From assembly GCA_022605425.2 (NCBI GenBank), contig JAKIMF020000005.1:496001-560000 (forward strand): a stretch of 64,000 nt of DNA, in the 5' to 3' direction. Within the stretch, counting starts at the first letter, position 1; each line of letters opens with the position of its first letter. This document shows, in pieces, positions 49,290 through 59,869 of this stretch. Source of the DNA: Hamiltosporidium tvaerminnensis FI-OER-3-3. Lineage: Eukaryota > Fungi > Microsporidia. Both the position numbers and the translations under genes were made by a program. The notes under the pieces are model-generated. The model saw only the letters and a list, made by a program, of their open reading frames with translations, had not been told where the DNA came from and ran no database searches.

Positions 49290-52200
49290 TTTTTTTTTGA
49301 TTATGGGTAGAAAGAAAAATGTTAGCAGCGAAATATCGAATAATACCAAAATAAAGGCTGCAAACGACGCTGATGAGGTGAAAAAGAGTGATAGTGAGAT
49401 ACAAAAATGTAAGCTACACCCACCGGCGATTCCCCTACCTTCCTCCTCCTACACAACAATAACACCTCCACCACCAAGCCAAACATGCAGTAAAATGCAA
49501 AATAGTGGGCTTGACACCTTACCTTCGCCTAATGCACCAGTTCCCTCTTCGGTTGAAGTCTCTGCGTGCGAGCCATCGTACGACATGACAAGCCCCTGTA
49601 CTCTAGCTATTCCGGAAGGTAACAGGCTAATGGCATTGCGGACGATATTCGATTCCGTAACAGCCGACCCGAAGGAATGGCCTCGAATTGTTTTTTTTGC
49701 AGTACAGACAAGGTTTGAAAGAATGCCAAGAAATGGCTGGACAGAGCTTCACAGGTACTATAATGAGAAATTCGGCTGCACTGAAACTCTCGAAGTGTTA
49801 AAAAAATTGGCACAAAGTGAGATGGGAAAGGATGTAAAATCAGAAGAGAATGGAGAGCGACGTAGAATCGCCACTTGTCTCGCTGATACATGCACCTTGA
49901 CCGACACCACGGAGTACATAAACCTGAGAGATAAATTCTTGAGTAAAATCAAAGAAATCTCTGAGAACGAAATTGGAAAAGTAGTGGTCCGAACTAGAAA
50001 ACATCCAAATGAATTGGTTGATAGTAAAGTTCTGGATCTCATTAATCGAGTAGTCGGTGAATATGCAGGAGCTCATGTACCTGAGTCAATTACGGAAGCC
50101 GCGTATATCATGCAAGCTGCGCAGGTATGCTATGACGAGGCAACACGTAAAGAGAAGCCTAGATCCGCTTGGAAGGAAAACATAGAAAGTAAAATTTCTA
50201 AGTTAGTACTTTCCAAAGATCTCCTCGAGAAAGCTCGTAAGCAGGAAAAGCTCTCCACTTCGGAAACGAAGAGCCTTAAGAAAATCATGCGAGAGTTTAA
50301 TTTAAACTTGAGCAGCGTAACTGATCTTTCTGAGGCTTTAGTTAAGAAGAATGAGTCTTTGAATGTTTACGAGAAAAAAATTACGATGCATGAAAGTAGG
50401 AAGCAATTCCGAAAAGAGAATCGTATGTTTGAGCTTTTCCGAGGTCGATTTTATCGTGGGTTATCTGAGCGTGTGGAATCCGAGCATGTGGTTAGCCGTG
50501 ATGAAATTGTGAGTTTTTGGTCTACAATGTGGAACAAAAATGATGACACAGTCACGTACGATGATTATTTGATTCCATTTGTATCAGATAATCATCCGAC
50601 CACGTTTCCTTCACTTGATGAATTTGTGAATATCATTAATTGGCTCCCTAATTGGAAAGCTGCTGGAATTGATGGTATTTACAATTTTTTCATTAAGAAA
50701 CTTACAACTCTTCACAAATATCTTTATGATATTGTGAAAGTTATATGTTTAGAAGGAACACCTCAAGCTGATTGGTTTTACTGCGGGCTTACGTATTTGA
50801 TACCGAAAGGAATTCCACGAAGAGGCTCTGACTACAGGCCAATCACTTGTATGTCCAACCTCTATAAGTTAACGACAAAGTGTGTAACGAAAGTCGTTCA
50901 ACTTGAAGTGGAAAGGCGAGGGTTGCTTGCAGAGAACCAACTAGGGGCGGTAAGAGGTGTGCAGGGAGCGAAAGAGCAGGCTCTACTGAATATTGCCTTA
51001 AATAAAGAGTATGGAAACAATCTTAAGGCAACATGGATTGATGTTAAAAAAGCTTATGATTCAATAGATCATGCTTATTTAACTCAATGCATTGAAAACC
51101 TTAATTTACCTGATTGGATCCTGAAATTTATTAAGGTAATTATATCCAAATGGAAAATTGATATATCAGTAGGGCCTGAAAAAATCATGAGCAAGAAGAT
51201 TGATAGAGGGATTCTACAAGGAGATAGTCTGTCACCTTTGTTATTTGTGTTGTGTATGGATCCATTAAGCCGAAAGCTTAATGAAAAATACACAAAAGTG
51301 ACAGTACAAACAGATGCAGAATCCCATTCTACTAATCATCTCTTGTTTATTGATGATCTTAAGCTCCTTGCAAAAGACAGCTCCACATTGAGTGCTATGA
51401 CAGGCGAGGCAAAGGAATTTTTAGAGGTGATTGGCTTAGAGATTAACAAAGAGAAGTCAGCCACAAATGATACGTGTTGTGAAGATACTGCTACTCTTCT
51501 AGAAGGTGTTAGTGTTTACAAATATTTAGGAATAATAGAAGATAGCAGAGGAATCCCAACACGTAGCTCATTTGAAGAAGTACAGAGCAAACTTATATCA
51601 AGAGTTGAAAGACTTTGTCACACTAGATTAAATGCAAAAAATTTATTTTCTGCAATCAATCAACATGCGATATCGTTAATCAACTACCACATAGGAGTAC
51701 TTCGACTTGAACCGGCTGACTTCTCTAAGTTAGATGATGCAGTGCGTGCGGTGTTGGTTAAAAATAAGATACATCTCCGCCCAGGATGTAAAGAGCGGTT
51801 GTATCTTCCTAGAACAGAACTTGGAAGAGGCCTACATAGTGTTGAGTTGCGAAGCGAACATATGCTTCTGCAACTCTTGGATTGTCTGGAAAAAAGTAAA
51901 GAAATATCAACTAGACGAGCAGCAATCCTCAAGGTGGAGAATAATAATAAAACCCATCTTGCACTAATAAAAGGCTTCTTAAAAGTAAAGTACAGGTTGG
52001 CAGAAGAAGTCACTAAGAAAAGTTTAGAAGAAGCTCAACTTGCAAAACTATATAACGAAATAGAAAAACGAAAACTCCATTCAAAGTTATATAATGCAAG
52101 GAAAAATGAGCTTGTGAGTGTTAGTGACTCTTCAAGATGGCTAAAGAGAGGAAATATTAGGCCACGAAATGAAGCTGTGTTCTGCTATATCCAGGATAGA

Positions 52201-53107
52201 AATGTATTCTGGGGAGCAGATGGTGTGTGTCAACATTGCGGGAAGTCTGGTAAGACTGTGGATCATCTAGCAACTAGATGTGAAAAAATGCTAGGCCATG
52301 ATTACACTAGACGGCATAATGAAGTGGTTAGATGCCTACACCTTCTCCTTCTAAATAGATATAAGTTTAAGTCTTCAAAACGAATAAGGAGCCACTCAGT
52401 TCAAGAAATTCTTGATAATGAGTATGCAGAGATAAGAGTGGACACCAGAATTAAAACTGATGTTAAAATTCGGAATAACAGACCAGACATATTTATTTTA
52501 GATAAGAAGAAGAATAAGATAACACTCATTGAAGTAGGAATCACTTCCCAAGATTCACTTCAAATAGTTGAAACTGAAAAACTTAGGAAGTATGACCTGC
52601 TAGCCAATGAGTTGGGCCTTATTTATAAGTGTAGTGTTGAGATAATCCCTTATGTGATGACCTGGGACGGTATTGTGACAAAATACCATAAATCTCATCT
52701 TAAAAGACTAGAAATACCCATGAATGTAGAAGCATACATTCAGTCTATAGTACTTAAAAAGACAGTCGAAACTATTTCCTTTGATCGACGAAGAGGACTT
52801 GAGTCAGGACTAAATGCCGAAGAGAGCTGGGAGAGAGCGTCAATGGGTGTTATTATGAGATCAGAGATGCATGAGGAACCAATACCCCCTTTAAAAGAAG
52901 CGAAAACAGAGGAAGATGGTGCCAAAAATTTTAAACCAAAATATAAAGCCCCCTTTATTTTACAAGGAGGAACCACTTTAGAGGAACCGACCAATAACAT
53001 AAATGAAGAGTCGGATTTGGAAGAAGAGACAAAAGTGGTTAAAGAGGTAGAAGAAAACATGTAAAAAATGGTAAAAAATATTTTAACCCAGAATTTTATT
53101 AAATAAA
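49290..53107 (+). mobile_element. Intact R4/Dong-like RLE non-LTR retrotransposon (copy 5)
   Basis: Single long ORF. Probable 8-bp TSD TTAAAAGT (49282-49289 and 53108-53115). 3' end CCCAGAATTTTATTAAATAAA. Confidence 0.95.
49303..53064 (+). CDS. Non-LTR retrotransposon polyprotein: reverse transcriptase + CCHC knuckle + PD-(D/E)xK restriction-like endonuclease
   Basis: NWKAAGIDG, DYRPITC, IDVKKAYDS, QGDSLSPLLF, HLLFIDD, YKYLG, RLYLPR..GRGL, CQHC..TVDHLATRC..RHN and RPDI..IEVG..K motifs, all intact. First ATG at 49303. Confidence 0.97.
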   Translation: MGRKKNVSSEISNNTKIKAANDADEVKKSDSEIQKCKLHPPAIPLPSSSYTTITPPPPSQTCSKMQNSGLDTLPSPNAPVPSSVEVSACEPSYDMTSPCTLAIPEGNRLMALRTIFDSVTADPKEWPRIVFFAVQTRFERMPRNGWTELHRYYNEKFGCTETLEVLKKLAQSEMGKDVKSEENGERRRIATCLADTCTLTDTTEYINLRDKFLSKIKEISENEIGKVVVRTRKHPNELVDSKVLDLINRVVGEYAGAHVPESITEAAYIMQAAQVCYDEATRKEKPRSAWKENIESKISKLVLSKDLLEKARKQEKLSTSETKSLKKIMREFNLNLSSVTDLSEALVKKNESLNVYEKKITMHESRKQFRKENRMFELFRGRFYRGLSERVESEHVVSRDEIVSFWSTMWNKNDDTVTYDDYLIPFVSDNHPTTFPSLDEFVNIINWLPNWKAAGIDGIYNFFIKKLTTLHKYLYDIVKVICLEGTPQADWFYCGLTYLIPKGIPRRGSDYRPITCMSNLYKLTTKCVTKVVQLEVERRGLLAENQLGAVRGVQGAKEQALLNIALNKEYGNNLKATWIDVKKAYDSIDHAYLTQCIENLNLPDWILKFIKVIISKWKIDISVGPEKIMSKKIDRGILQGDSLSPLLFVLCMDPLSRKLNEKYTKVTVQTDAESHSTNHLLFIDDLKLLAKDSSTLSAMTGEAKEFLEVIGLEINKEKSATNDTCCEDTATLLEGVSVYKYLGIIEDSRGIPTRSSFEEVQSKLISRVERLCHTRLNAKNLFSAINQHAISLINYHIGVLRLEPADFSKLDDAVRAVLVKNKIHLRPGCKERLYLPRTELGRGLHSVELRSEHMLLQLLDCLEKSKEISTRRAAILKVENNNKTHLALIKGFLKVKYRLAEEVTKKSLEEAQLAKLYNEIEKRKLHSKLYNARKNELVSVSDSSRWLKRGNIRPRNEAVFCYIQDRNVFWGADGVCQHCGKSGKTVDHLATRCEKMLGHDYTRRHNEVVRCLHLLLLNRYKFKSSKRIRSHSVQEILDNEYAEIRVDTRIKTDVKIRNNRPDIFILDKKKNKITLIEVGITSQDSLQIVETEKLRKYDLLANELGLIYKCSVEIIPYVMTWDGIVTKYHKSHLKRLEIPMNVEAYIQSIVLKKTVETISFDRRRGLESGLNAEESWERASMGVIMRSEMHEEPIPPLKEAKTEEDGAKNFKPKYKAPFILQGGTTLEEPTNNINEESDLEEETKVVKEVEENM

Positions 53108-53166
53108 TTAAAAGTATTCTAACGATTTTTAATACAATCTTATAAAATATCTTAGATGCCCATTAT

Positions 53167-53673
53167 ATGAAAAAAATAATTTATGAATTTGACCAATGCG
53201 ATAAGAAAAGATGTTCAGCACAAAAGCTGTTAAGAAGTAATAAAGTAATAGTGGGTAGAAGAAACACATATTTCAAAGGAATACTGCTTTCTCCAAATAG
53301 TAAAAAAGTAATATCTATTGAAGATAAAGATGTAATGGAAAAATACGGATTGGGTGTCATAGATTGTTCATGGTCACAAATGGAATCCATAAACGTAAAA
53401 GGAAATTCTAGAATACTTCCTTTTCTAGTGGCAGTAAATCCTGTAAATTATGGTAAACCTTTCAAACTAAACTGTGTAGAAGCAATGGCCGGTGCTCTAT
53501 ATATATGTGGATTCGAATCAGAAGCTTTTGAAATTTTTGAAGGATTTAATTATTGTGATACTTTCTTCAAAATTAATGAGGAAATTCTTGAGAGGTATTC
53601 TAAATGTAAAAATGGCGAAGAAATAATCGAAGAACAAACTAAATATTTAAATGAGAATAGAAGAGAGAAATAA
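53167..53673 (+). CDS. TSR3: 18S rRNA aminocarboxypropyltransferase Tsr3
   Basis: FDQCDKKRCS, LLSP, DCSW and LPFLVAVNPVNYGKPFKLNCVEA motifs. GCCC upstream of the ATG. Confidence 0.95.
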   Translation: MKKIIYEFDQCDKKRCSAQKLLRSNKVIVGRRNTYFKGILLSPNSKKVISIEDKDVMEKYGLGVIDCSWSQMESINVKGNSRILPFLVAVNPVNYGKPFKLNCVEAMAGALYICGFESEAFEIFEGFNYCDTFFKINEEILERYSKCKNGEEIIEEQTKYLNENRREK

Positions 53674-54097
53674 ATTTTATTTTTAATTCTCATTTCCATT
53701 TCCTTTTAGTAAGAAATACTTAAATTGTATTTAAAAAACATTTTATCTTTTTAAATCTATTTTATAATATTCTTATGTTACAAATATTGTTCTTTAAAAT
53801 TGCAACTTAGTCACTCTATCGATATCTTTTCTTGAAAAATTTAATTTATAATTTAAATACGTAAATACGAAAGTAACTGATGTAAATGAAAAAAATGGTT
53901 CAAAAATTCGTTAAAAAAAATATTTTAAATTCTTTTTTGATTATTTTTAAATTTAGAAAATAGTAAAAAAAACTCAGATGAAAGTCAAATAAATATTGGC
54001 TTATAGATACAAGAAATCGTTGTAAATAAAAATTTGTTTTTAAAAACCGTTAAAAAATAAATTTTATTTAAAATTCAAAATATGTATTTGTAACCCC

Positions 54098-55228
54098 ATG
54101 AATTGTTCAAATTTAAAAATTATTCAATCATTTGAATTTCCAGAAGCATGTATAGCAATGAAAATGACAGAAGATAAAACACATATTATAACCTGTGGTT
54201 CATATAAACCACAGCTTCGAATATACGATTTAAATGAATTGAATTTGAAAGTAGAGAGACATATGGAGAGTGAAGGGAAAAAAATAGAAATTTTAGAAGA
54301 AGATTATGGAAAAATAGCTATCTTACGAAATGATAGGTATATAGAGTTTCATGCTAAGTATGGATTACATCATTTAGTAAGAATTCCTAAATTAGGAAAC
54401 GATTTATCTTTTAATAAAATTTCTGCTGAATTGCTTATTTGTGGAGACTCTTCGGATATTTATCGATTTAATTTAGAACAAGGAAGATTCCTCAAGTCTT
54501 TGATAAGTGAGTGTGACAATATAAATTCTATAAAAATCAATCCTGTTCATAATTTAATTTGTGGTGTTGGAAACAAAATCACATTCTTTGATCCGCGTAG
54601 TAGAAATTGTTTAAAAAATTTTGTATCCGAAAACGTAGAAGAATATTCTTCAATTTCTTTTAATAATAACGGTATAAATTTCTGTGTTGGAACAGAGGAT
54701 GGAAATATAATTGTTTACGATTTGAGAAGTAAAAAGGAACTTTTTATAAAAAAACACCAAAATGAAAATAAAATTAAAAAAATTTTATATTCCGATAAAA
54801 ATATTTACAGTTTGGATCAAAAAACTCTGAACGTTTGGAATTTAAATCAAGATTTGGTAAAAATAGAAACGGGTTTCGTACAAAATACATTTATAGTAGA
54901 TGATGGATTTGTATCTATTGGTGGAGATACACCAGAAATACATTGTTACTATTCATCCATACTCGGTAAATCTCCTACTTGGTGTACACAAATGGATACT
55001 CTAGATTTAAATTCTAAAAATATAAATTTAGATAATTTTGTAATCATCACCAAAAAAGAAATGCAAGATTATAATTTACAATCCTATTTAGAAAAAGGAA
55101 AAATATTTCAACATTTAAATCGTTACATGATTGATTCAAATCTTTACAATTCCTTAACTAATAAAAATACCAAAATTGAAACCAGAAAAACCAAAGAAAT
55201 TAAAAAAAATTATAAATTAATTAAATAA
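54098..55228 (+). CDS. ENP2: Ribosome biogenesis WD40 protein Enp2/NOL10
   Basis: IQSFEFPEA, GSYKPQLR, LKVERH, DRYIEFH, IYRFNLEQGRFL and LGKSPTWC motifs. CCCC immediately before the ATG. Confidence 0.92.
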   Translation: MNCSNLKIIQSFEFPEACIAMKMTEDKTHIITCGSYKPQLRIYDLNELNLKVERHMESEGKKIEILEEDYGKIAILRNDRYIEFHAKYGLHHLVRIPKLGNDLSFNKISAELLICGDSSDIYRFNLEQGRFLKSLISECDNINSIKINPVHNLICGVGNKITFFDPRSRNCLKNFVSENVEEYSSISFNNNGINFCVGTEDGNIIVYDLRSKKELFIKKHQNENKIKKILYSDKNIYSLDQKTLNVWNLNQDLVKIETGFVQNTFIVDDGFVSIGGDTPEIHCYYSSILGKSPTWCTQMDTLDLNSKNINLDNFVIITKKEMQDYNLQSYLEKGKIFQHLNRYMIDSNLYNSLTNKNTKIETRKTKEIKKNYKLIK

Positions 55229-55299
55229 ATTAAAATATTTTTCATCTTTAAATAAATTAATTAAATAAATCAAAATATTTCTCATCTTTAGATAAATTA
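55222..55299. repeat. ~39-bp tandem duplication containing AATAAA signals between convergent ENP2 and MCM3
   Basis: TAAATAAAT(T/C)AAAATATTT(T/C)TCATCTTTA(A/G)ATAAATTA occurs twice. Confidence 0.75.
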
Positions 55300-55373
55300 T
55301 AAATAATTTTATAAAATAATTGATTTTACTCACTCGAACTAATATTCCCACAATCTAAATTTCTGCCCTCAAA

Positions 55374-57566
55374 TCAAACAAAGAAAATATAACCTTCTTG
55401 TACAACGATAATTTCATCCTCTCTTTCCATTATCTTTAATATTTCCATTAGCTTACTGTCATCAATAAAAGGTTCACCCATACGAATTTTTAAATCACTC
55501 ACACTTATAAATGTACTTTTATCATTTAACCACATTTTATGTAGAAAATCAAAAACCCTTTGTTTTTCTATGTCCTTAAAATCCCTTAAACCATCACCTG
55601 GTTTTTCAACGTTACTTTTATCTCCAAAATCACCCTTTCGCTCTTCTAAATCATCTCTTTCATTTATTTCTTCTAAAATAATTTCTTCATTCACTAAATT
55701 TTTTCGAGTTTCAATTTTTCTTTTTTTACTTCCTTTAAATTTACTTTCCTCACTCATAATTTCTTCCATCATCTCAACAACACTAATAGAATCTTCTTCT
55801 TCAATTCTATAACACATTCTTAATTTAGAGTGCGCCGTTGCAAGTCTAACAAGTGTTTCTAAGAAACGAGGTGTCAAATCTGGTTTGGACTGTCTAGTAC
55901 TTACATAATAATTAGAAATATAATCACCTGCTTCCTTAGTCATAACAGGTCGTATTTCTTTTGCAGCTTTGAAATATTTTTTTAATTCTTTTTGAGAAAT
56001 ACAGTCATTACTGATATTATAATTACTCTTACTTTGGATTTTTCCGCTTCTATTGTTCAATACATGGTGTGCAATTTCTCTGTCTCTTTCATTTGTGTCT
56101 TTTACAACCATTACAATATCAAATCTGCTAATAATACTGTTCCCCATTCCTACATTTTCTCCAACTGACATTTTTTCAGAATAATATCCTAAAACAGGAT
56201 TTGCAGCTGCTATTACACTGCATCTCGCATTTAAAATACAATAAATACCGCCTTTGGCAACTGTAACACTCTGTTGTTCCATGACCTCGTGTATTCCTAC
56301 TCTATCACCCGCACTCATTTTATCAAACTCATCTACACAACACACACCCATGTCACTAAGAACCATGGCACCTGCTTCTATAACTGTATCTTCACCCATC
56401 TTTATACAACATGTAAGGCCTGCTACACTACATCCTTTTCCCGTAGTAAGAACAGATATTGGTGATACTGAGTTTACATATCTAAGAAATTGACTCTTTG
56501 CTGTCCCTGGATCTCCAACCAAAAGTAAATTTAAAGATCCTCGAATTTTACTTCCATTTTTCATTTTTATTTCGTTTCCACCGACCAATAAAAGTGAAAC
56601 GGCTTTTTTTATAGTTGAATGCCCATAGATAGAAGGTGCAATGGAGTTGTAAATATTTTGCAAAGGAATCGGAGAGACAATAGAGTAAGAATTAAAAATA
56701 TTTGTATTTGAGGTTTCAATCGTATTTTCAATATCATTTTCTTTAATCGAATTGAAATTTGTGGAATTTTCTTTATTTTCATTTCTAAGATTTTCTATTG
56801 AATTTTCTTTGAATTCTTCGTTTTCTTTTTCACAATTTTTATTGCCAAAACTTAATAATTTGATATTATTGACGAGAACAACGGTAGTAAAATAATTTGG
56901 TATTTCTTTACTACCTTGAGACATACATCGATATACACCATAAACCAAAACACGGTCTCCTGGTTTTACAGTATCTACCAAATCATCTGATAATATACAA
57001 ATAATATTTCTTGGTAGCTGAGAAGGTGGTGCATTTTCAGGCATTTCTTGTATTTTGATACTTTGATAGTCCATATACGAAGAAAGACCAAAATCAGAAA
57101 CAAGAGGTGTATTGTTATGATCTTTAATTGGATAATATATAGAAGTAGGCGGTAATAGACTTAGCATAGTAGAATCTCTATATTCCTTTTCATAAAAAAC
57201 AATGTCGTTGGTTGTATCTGTATGATGAACACTTAAAACTACTTTGGGCTGCACAGGCGTTATATGAGTAACAATGCCCTGAACACACACAATTTTTGAT
57301 AAAAATTGAGAACTTAATGTTCGGGGTGTTAGTATAGAAGAAGGTAAAGAACCCGTTGTACCAATATGCTTGATATTATATGAAGATAATATATTTTCTA
57401 CGTGTGGTATTAAAGTAAGAGGATTGTTGATTAAATAAGATGTAAATTCTTTCGAAAATGTTCTAAATGCATCCAAGTTTAATACTAAACGAGGACAAGG
57501 TTGTATTTTTAGATTTGTTATGTATGAAGTGAAGGATGAAAGAAATGAAGAAATATTATCTGACAT
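55374..57566 (-). CDS. MCM3: DNA replication licensing factor MCM3
   Basis: QEMPENAPPSQLPR, KPGDRV, APSIYGH, GDPGTAKSQ (Walker A), VDEFDKM and SRFD motifs. PKVVLSVH, GGNEIKMKNGSKIRG and no zinc finger indicate MCM3. CCCC upstream. Confidence 0.92.
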   Translation of the reverse strand: MSDNISSFLSSFTSYITNLKIQPCPRLVLNLDAFRTFSKEFTSYLINNPLTLIPHVENILSSYNIKHIGTTGSLPSSILTPRTLSSQFLSKIVCVQGIVTHITPVQPKVVLSVHHTDTTNDIVFYEKEYRDSTMLSLLPPTSIYYPIKDHNNTPLVSDFGLSSYMDYQSIKIQEMPENAPPSQLPRNIICILSDDLVDTVKPGDRVLVYGVYRCMSQGSKEIPNYFTTVVLVNNIKLLSFGNKNCEKENEEFKENSIENLRNENKENSTNFNSIKENDIENTIETSNTNIFNSYSIVSPIPLQNIYNSIAPSIYGHSTIKKAVSLLLVGGNEIKMKNGSKIRGSLNLLLVGDPGTAKSQFLRYVNSVSPISVLTTGKGCSVAGLTCCIKMGEDTVIEAGAMVLSDMGVCCVDEFDKMSAGDRVGIHEVMEQQSVTVAKGGIYCILNARCSVIAAANPVLGYYSEKMSVGENVGMGNSIISRFDIVMVVKDTNERDREIAHHVLNNRSGKIQSKSNYNISNDCISQKELKKYFKAAKEIRPVMTKEAGDYISNYYVSTRQSKPDLTPRFLETLVRLATAHSKLRMCYRIEEEDSISVVEMMEEIMSEESKFKGSKKRKIETRKNLVNEEIILEEINERDDLEERKGDFGDKSNVEKPGDGLRDFKDIEKQRVFDFLHKMWLNDKSTFISVSDLKIRMGEPFIDDSKLMEILKIMEREDEIIVVQEGYIFFV

Positions 57567-57670
57567 TGAGGGGTTACTAAAATAGGGAATGAAAAACGAA
57601 ATTTTTTAAATAAAAAATAAAAGAACTGTAAAATATTATTTAAAAAACGGATTTTTTATTTAATAAAATA

Positions 57671-59427
57671 CTCCCTCTGTCCGGAAATATGGTATACATT
57701 TTAGCGATTTTTTTGTCCGGAAATATGGTATACATTTGCGAAAAAATAAAATAAATCAAAAAATGTACATGACAGGTTTATTTATTACCTTTATTTCGAA
57801 CATTTTAATAAATATTAATGCAAATATTAAATAAAATTTAAAAAAATATATATTAAAATTAATAAGTTCACTCGAAATTTGATTTGGCTTTAACGTATGA
57901 TTCTTTCGAACATACATATTTTTCTAGCAGTCGACCTTCGCGACGAAGTTTTCCTTTACTTATATGAGGTATTTTATAGCCATTTCCTCCATCTGCTAAC
58001 ATAATTGACTCCATACATGCTTGCAATGTTGTAAAAACGTTATCGAGAGTATTAGCTTCTAATTGATGAAATGCATCTTGAACACAATTTATTAATTCGT
58101 CAATTGTGTGTGGCGAAGCTTCATGTTGCAGCGATTGTATGGAGCTGAAAAAACCTAAATAAAGAACATTTAAATCGGGGCTATTTGCTGGTTGCGCCTT
58201 GAATTTAATATTCCAGTCATCAGCAGAACCAAGAGCGACAATATCTGCATCATTATCAGAAAAATGGGGTTTTGCATTGTCTTGTTGTACGTAAAGTATT
58301 TTCTTTTTGTCTGCTGGCGGAAATTTAGATTTAATTGCGGGAATTACATTATCAATGATCATGTTTTTGCAATGTACTGCTGCAACAGATTCCACATTTT
58401 TTGTTATCATTGTACCTTTAGCCCTATTCTTAGAATTTCTTCGAGCTGGTTCTTGATAAACAAATGGCCATATTCCAATTTTCCCATCAAAATAAAGCTT
58501 TCGATGTGCATCATAGCGTGGTCGAGCTACTGCAGCCATGAACATTATTTTCGTAATAAATCGCTTACTTTTGCAGTTTCTCTCCGGGTTTTCTTCGTTT
58601 AACATTAAGTAATAAGAGCGCTTAACTTTAATTAGATAAAACCACTTTTCATCAATGTGAACGTAGTCGTACAAATCATCAAAAAGCAAATCTCCATTAT
58701 TAGCAAGATTTACTTTAGACAAGCAAAATTTCAATCTGTCCATTTTATTTTTATCTGTTAAAGTTGGTTTAACTGTAGAAGATATTCTCGTGATATACTT
58801 TCCCGACTTGAATATATCAAACAAAGTTGATTTTTGAATATCAATCGCAAAGAAAAGACTGCGGGGCGTTCCTTGACGATTTAATGGCGTATTCTTTATT
58901 TGCGCTAATTTGTTCGAATATTCTTTAGGTTTTCTTCCGCACCTTTTTTTTCTTTTTTGAAGAAACATCGGCACATATCTTGCCTTTTCTGTATTGAGTT
59001 TGTGCTGCATGCCAAATTCTGCTAACGGTTAGCCGGGAAACTTGAAAGACAGAAGAAATTTCGTTGATGGCACCGTATTTTAACCTATTCTCCTTCATCT
59101 GCTGTAATAATTTTTCTAAAATACCTTGACGTTGTTCTTTAGTTAACTGTTTATATTTTGAATCTCTTTTTTCTGAATTTAACAAATTTTCTTCCACATT
59201 TTCCATATTCGTTTTGCAGCGGCACTATTTTTTTTTACCTTAAGAAACACTGATGTTTGAGCGGCAACTTTTTAACTAAGAATAATATTACAAAAGTCAA
59301 AAATTTTAGGTTATATTGTCATGAATATTTACTATGACAATGTCATGACGGTTGCCTATTTATTTTTTATATTCACGATAATCTACGGTTTTTTTGAAAT
59401 GTATACCATATTTCCGGACAGAGGGAG
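57671..59427 (-). mobile_element. Tc1/mariner DD39D-type DNA transposon with 31-bp TIRs and TA TSD
   Basis: Perfect TIR CTCCCTCTGTCCGGAAATATGGTATACATTT at 57671-57701, inverted at 59397-59427, each flanked by TA. Confidence 0.96.
57868..59206 (-). pseudogene. DD39D transposase with one frameshift and a catalytic Asp->Tyr change
   Basis: HIDEKWFY, QQDNAKPH and PANSPDLNVLYLGFF (Tyr at the position 39 residues after the second Asp). ORFs 58925-59206 and 57868-59010 join if one A is removed from the 8-T run at 58944-58951. Confidence 0.9.
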
Positions 59428-59869
59428 TATTTATTTAATGAAATAGTATTTTAAAGATGTGACGGTAATGATTGTTTTTGATATTTAAAGAAGGAATAAA
59501 AACTTTAAAATGTATTTAAAATGGCTTAAAAGAAAATTAAAGATTTATTTTAAACGAATTATTATTTAGAATTATAAATTAAGTTAGATTGATAGTAAAT
59601 CAAAAGAAATCAAAGTGATTTTAATTAAATTTAACGGTAAAAATATTTTTTAATTTATATTTTCTTATGCTTCTTTAACCTCTTCTTTAAATCTAATTCG
59701 AAACCCGAATCTTATTTGTGTTTATTGCAGGTTCCTAGATGCATTACGCAATCTAAATGGCTAGTAAATTATTATTTGTTTATACTGGATTATTACATTA
59801 TTTTTAACACTTGATTCTCATCGGAAAGTATTGATCTGTTCTATATTTCGGCTTCTTGAATAACATGCG

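Noticed and set aside
49607-53060. Short antisense and alternate-frame ORFs over the LINE copies and housekeeping genes
   Set aside because: Shadow ORFs of real coding sequence, recurring only because the element is repeated.
58940-58960. Programmed ribosomal frameshift in the mariner transposase
   Set aside because: A single extra base in a homopolymer is more simply a mutation or sequencing error, and this copy also has a catalytic substitution.
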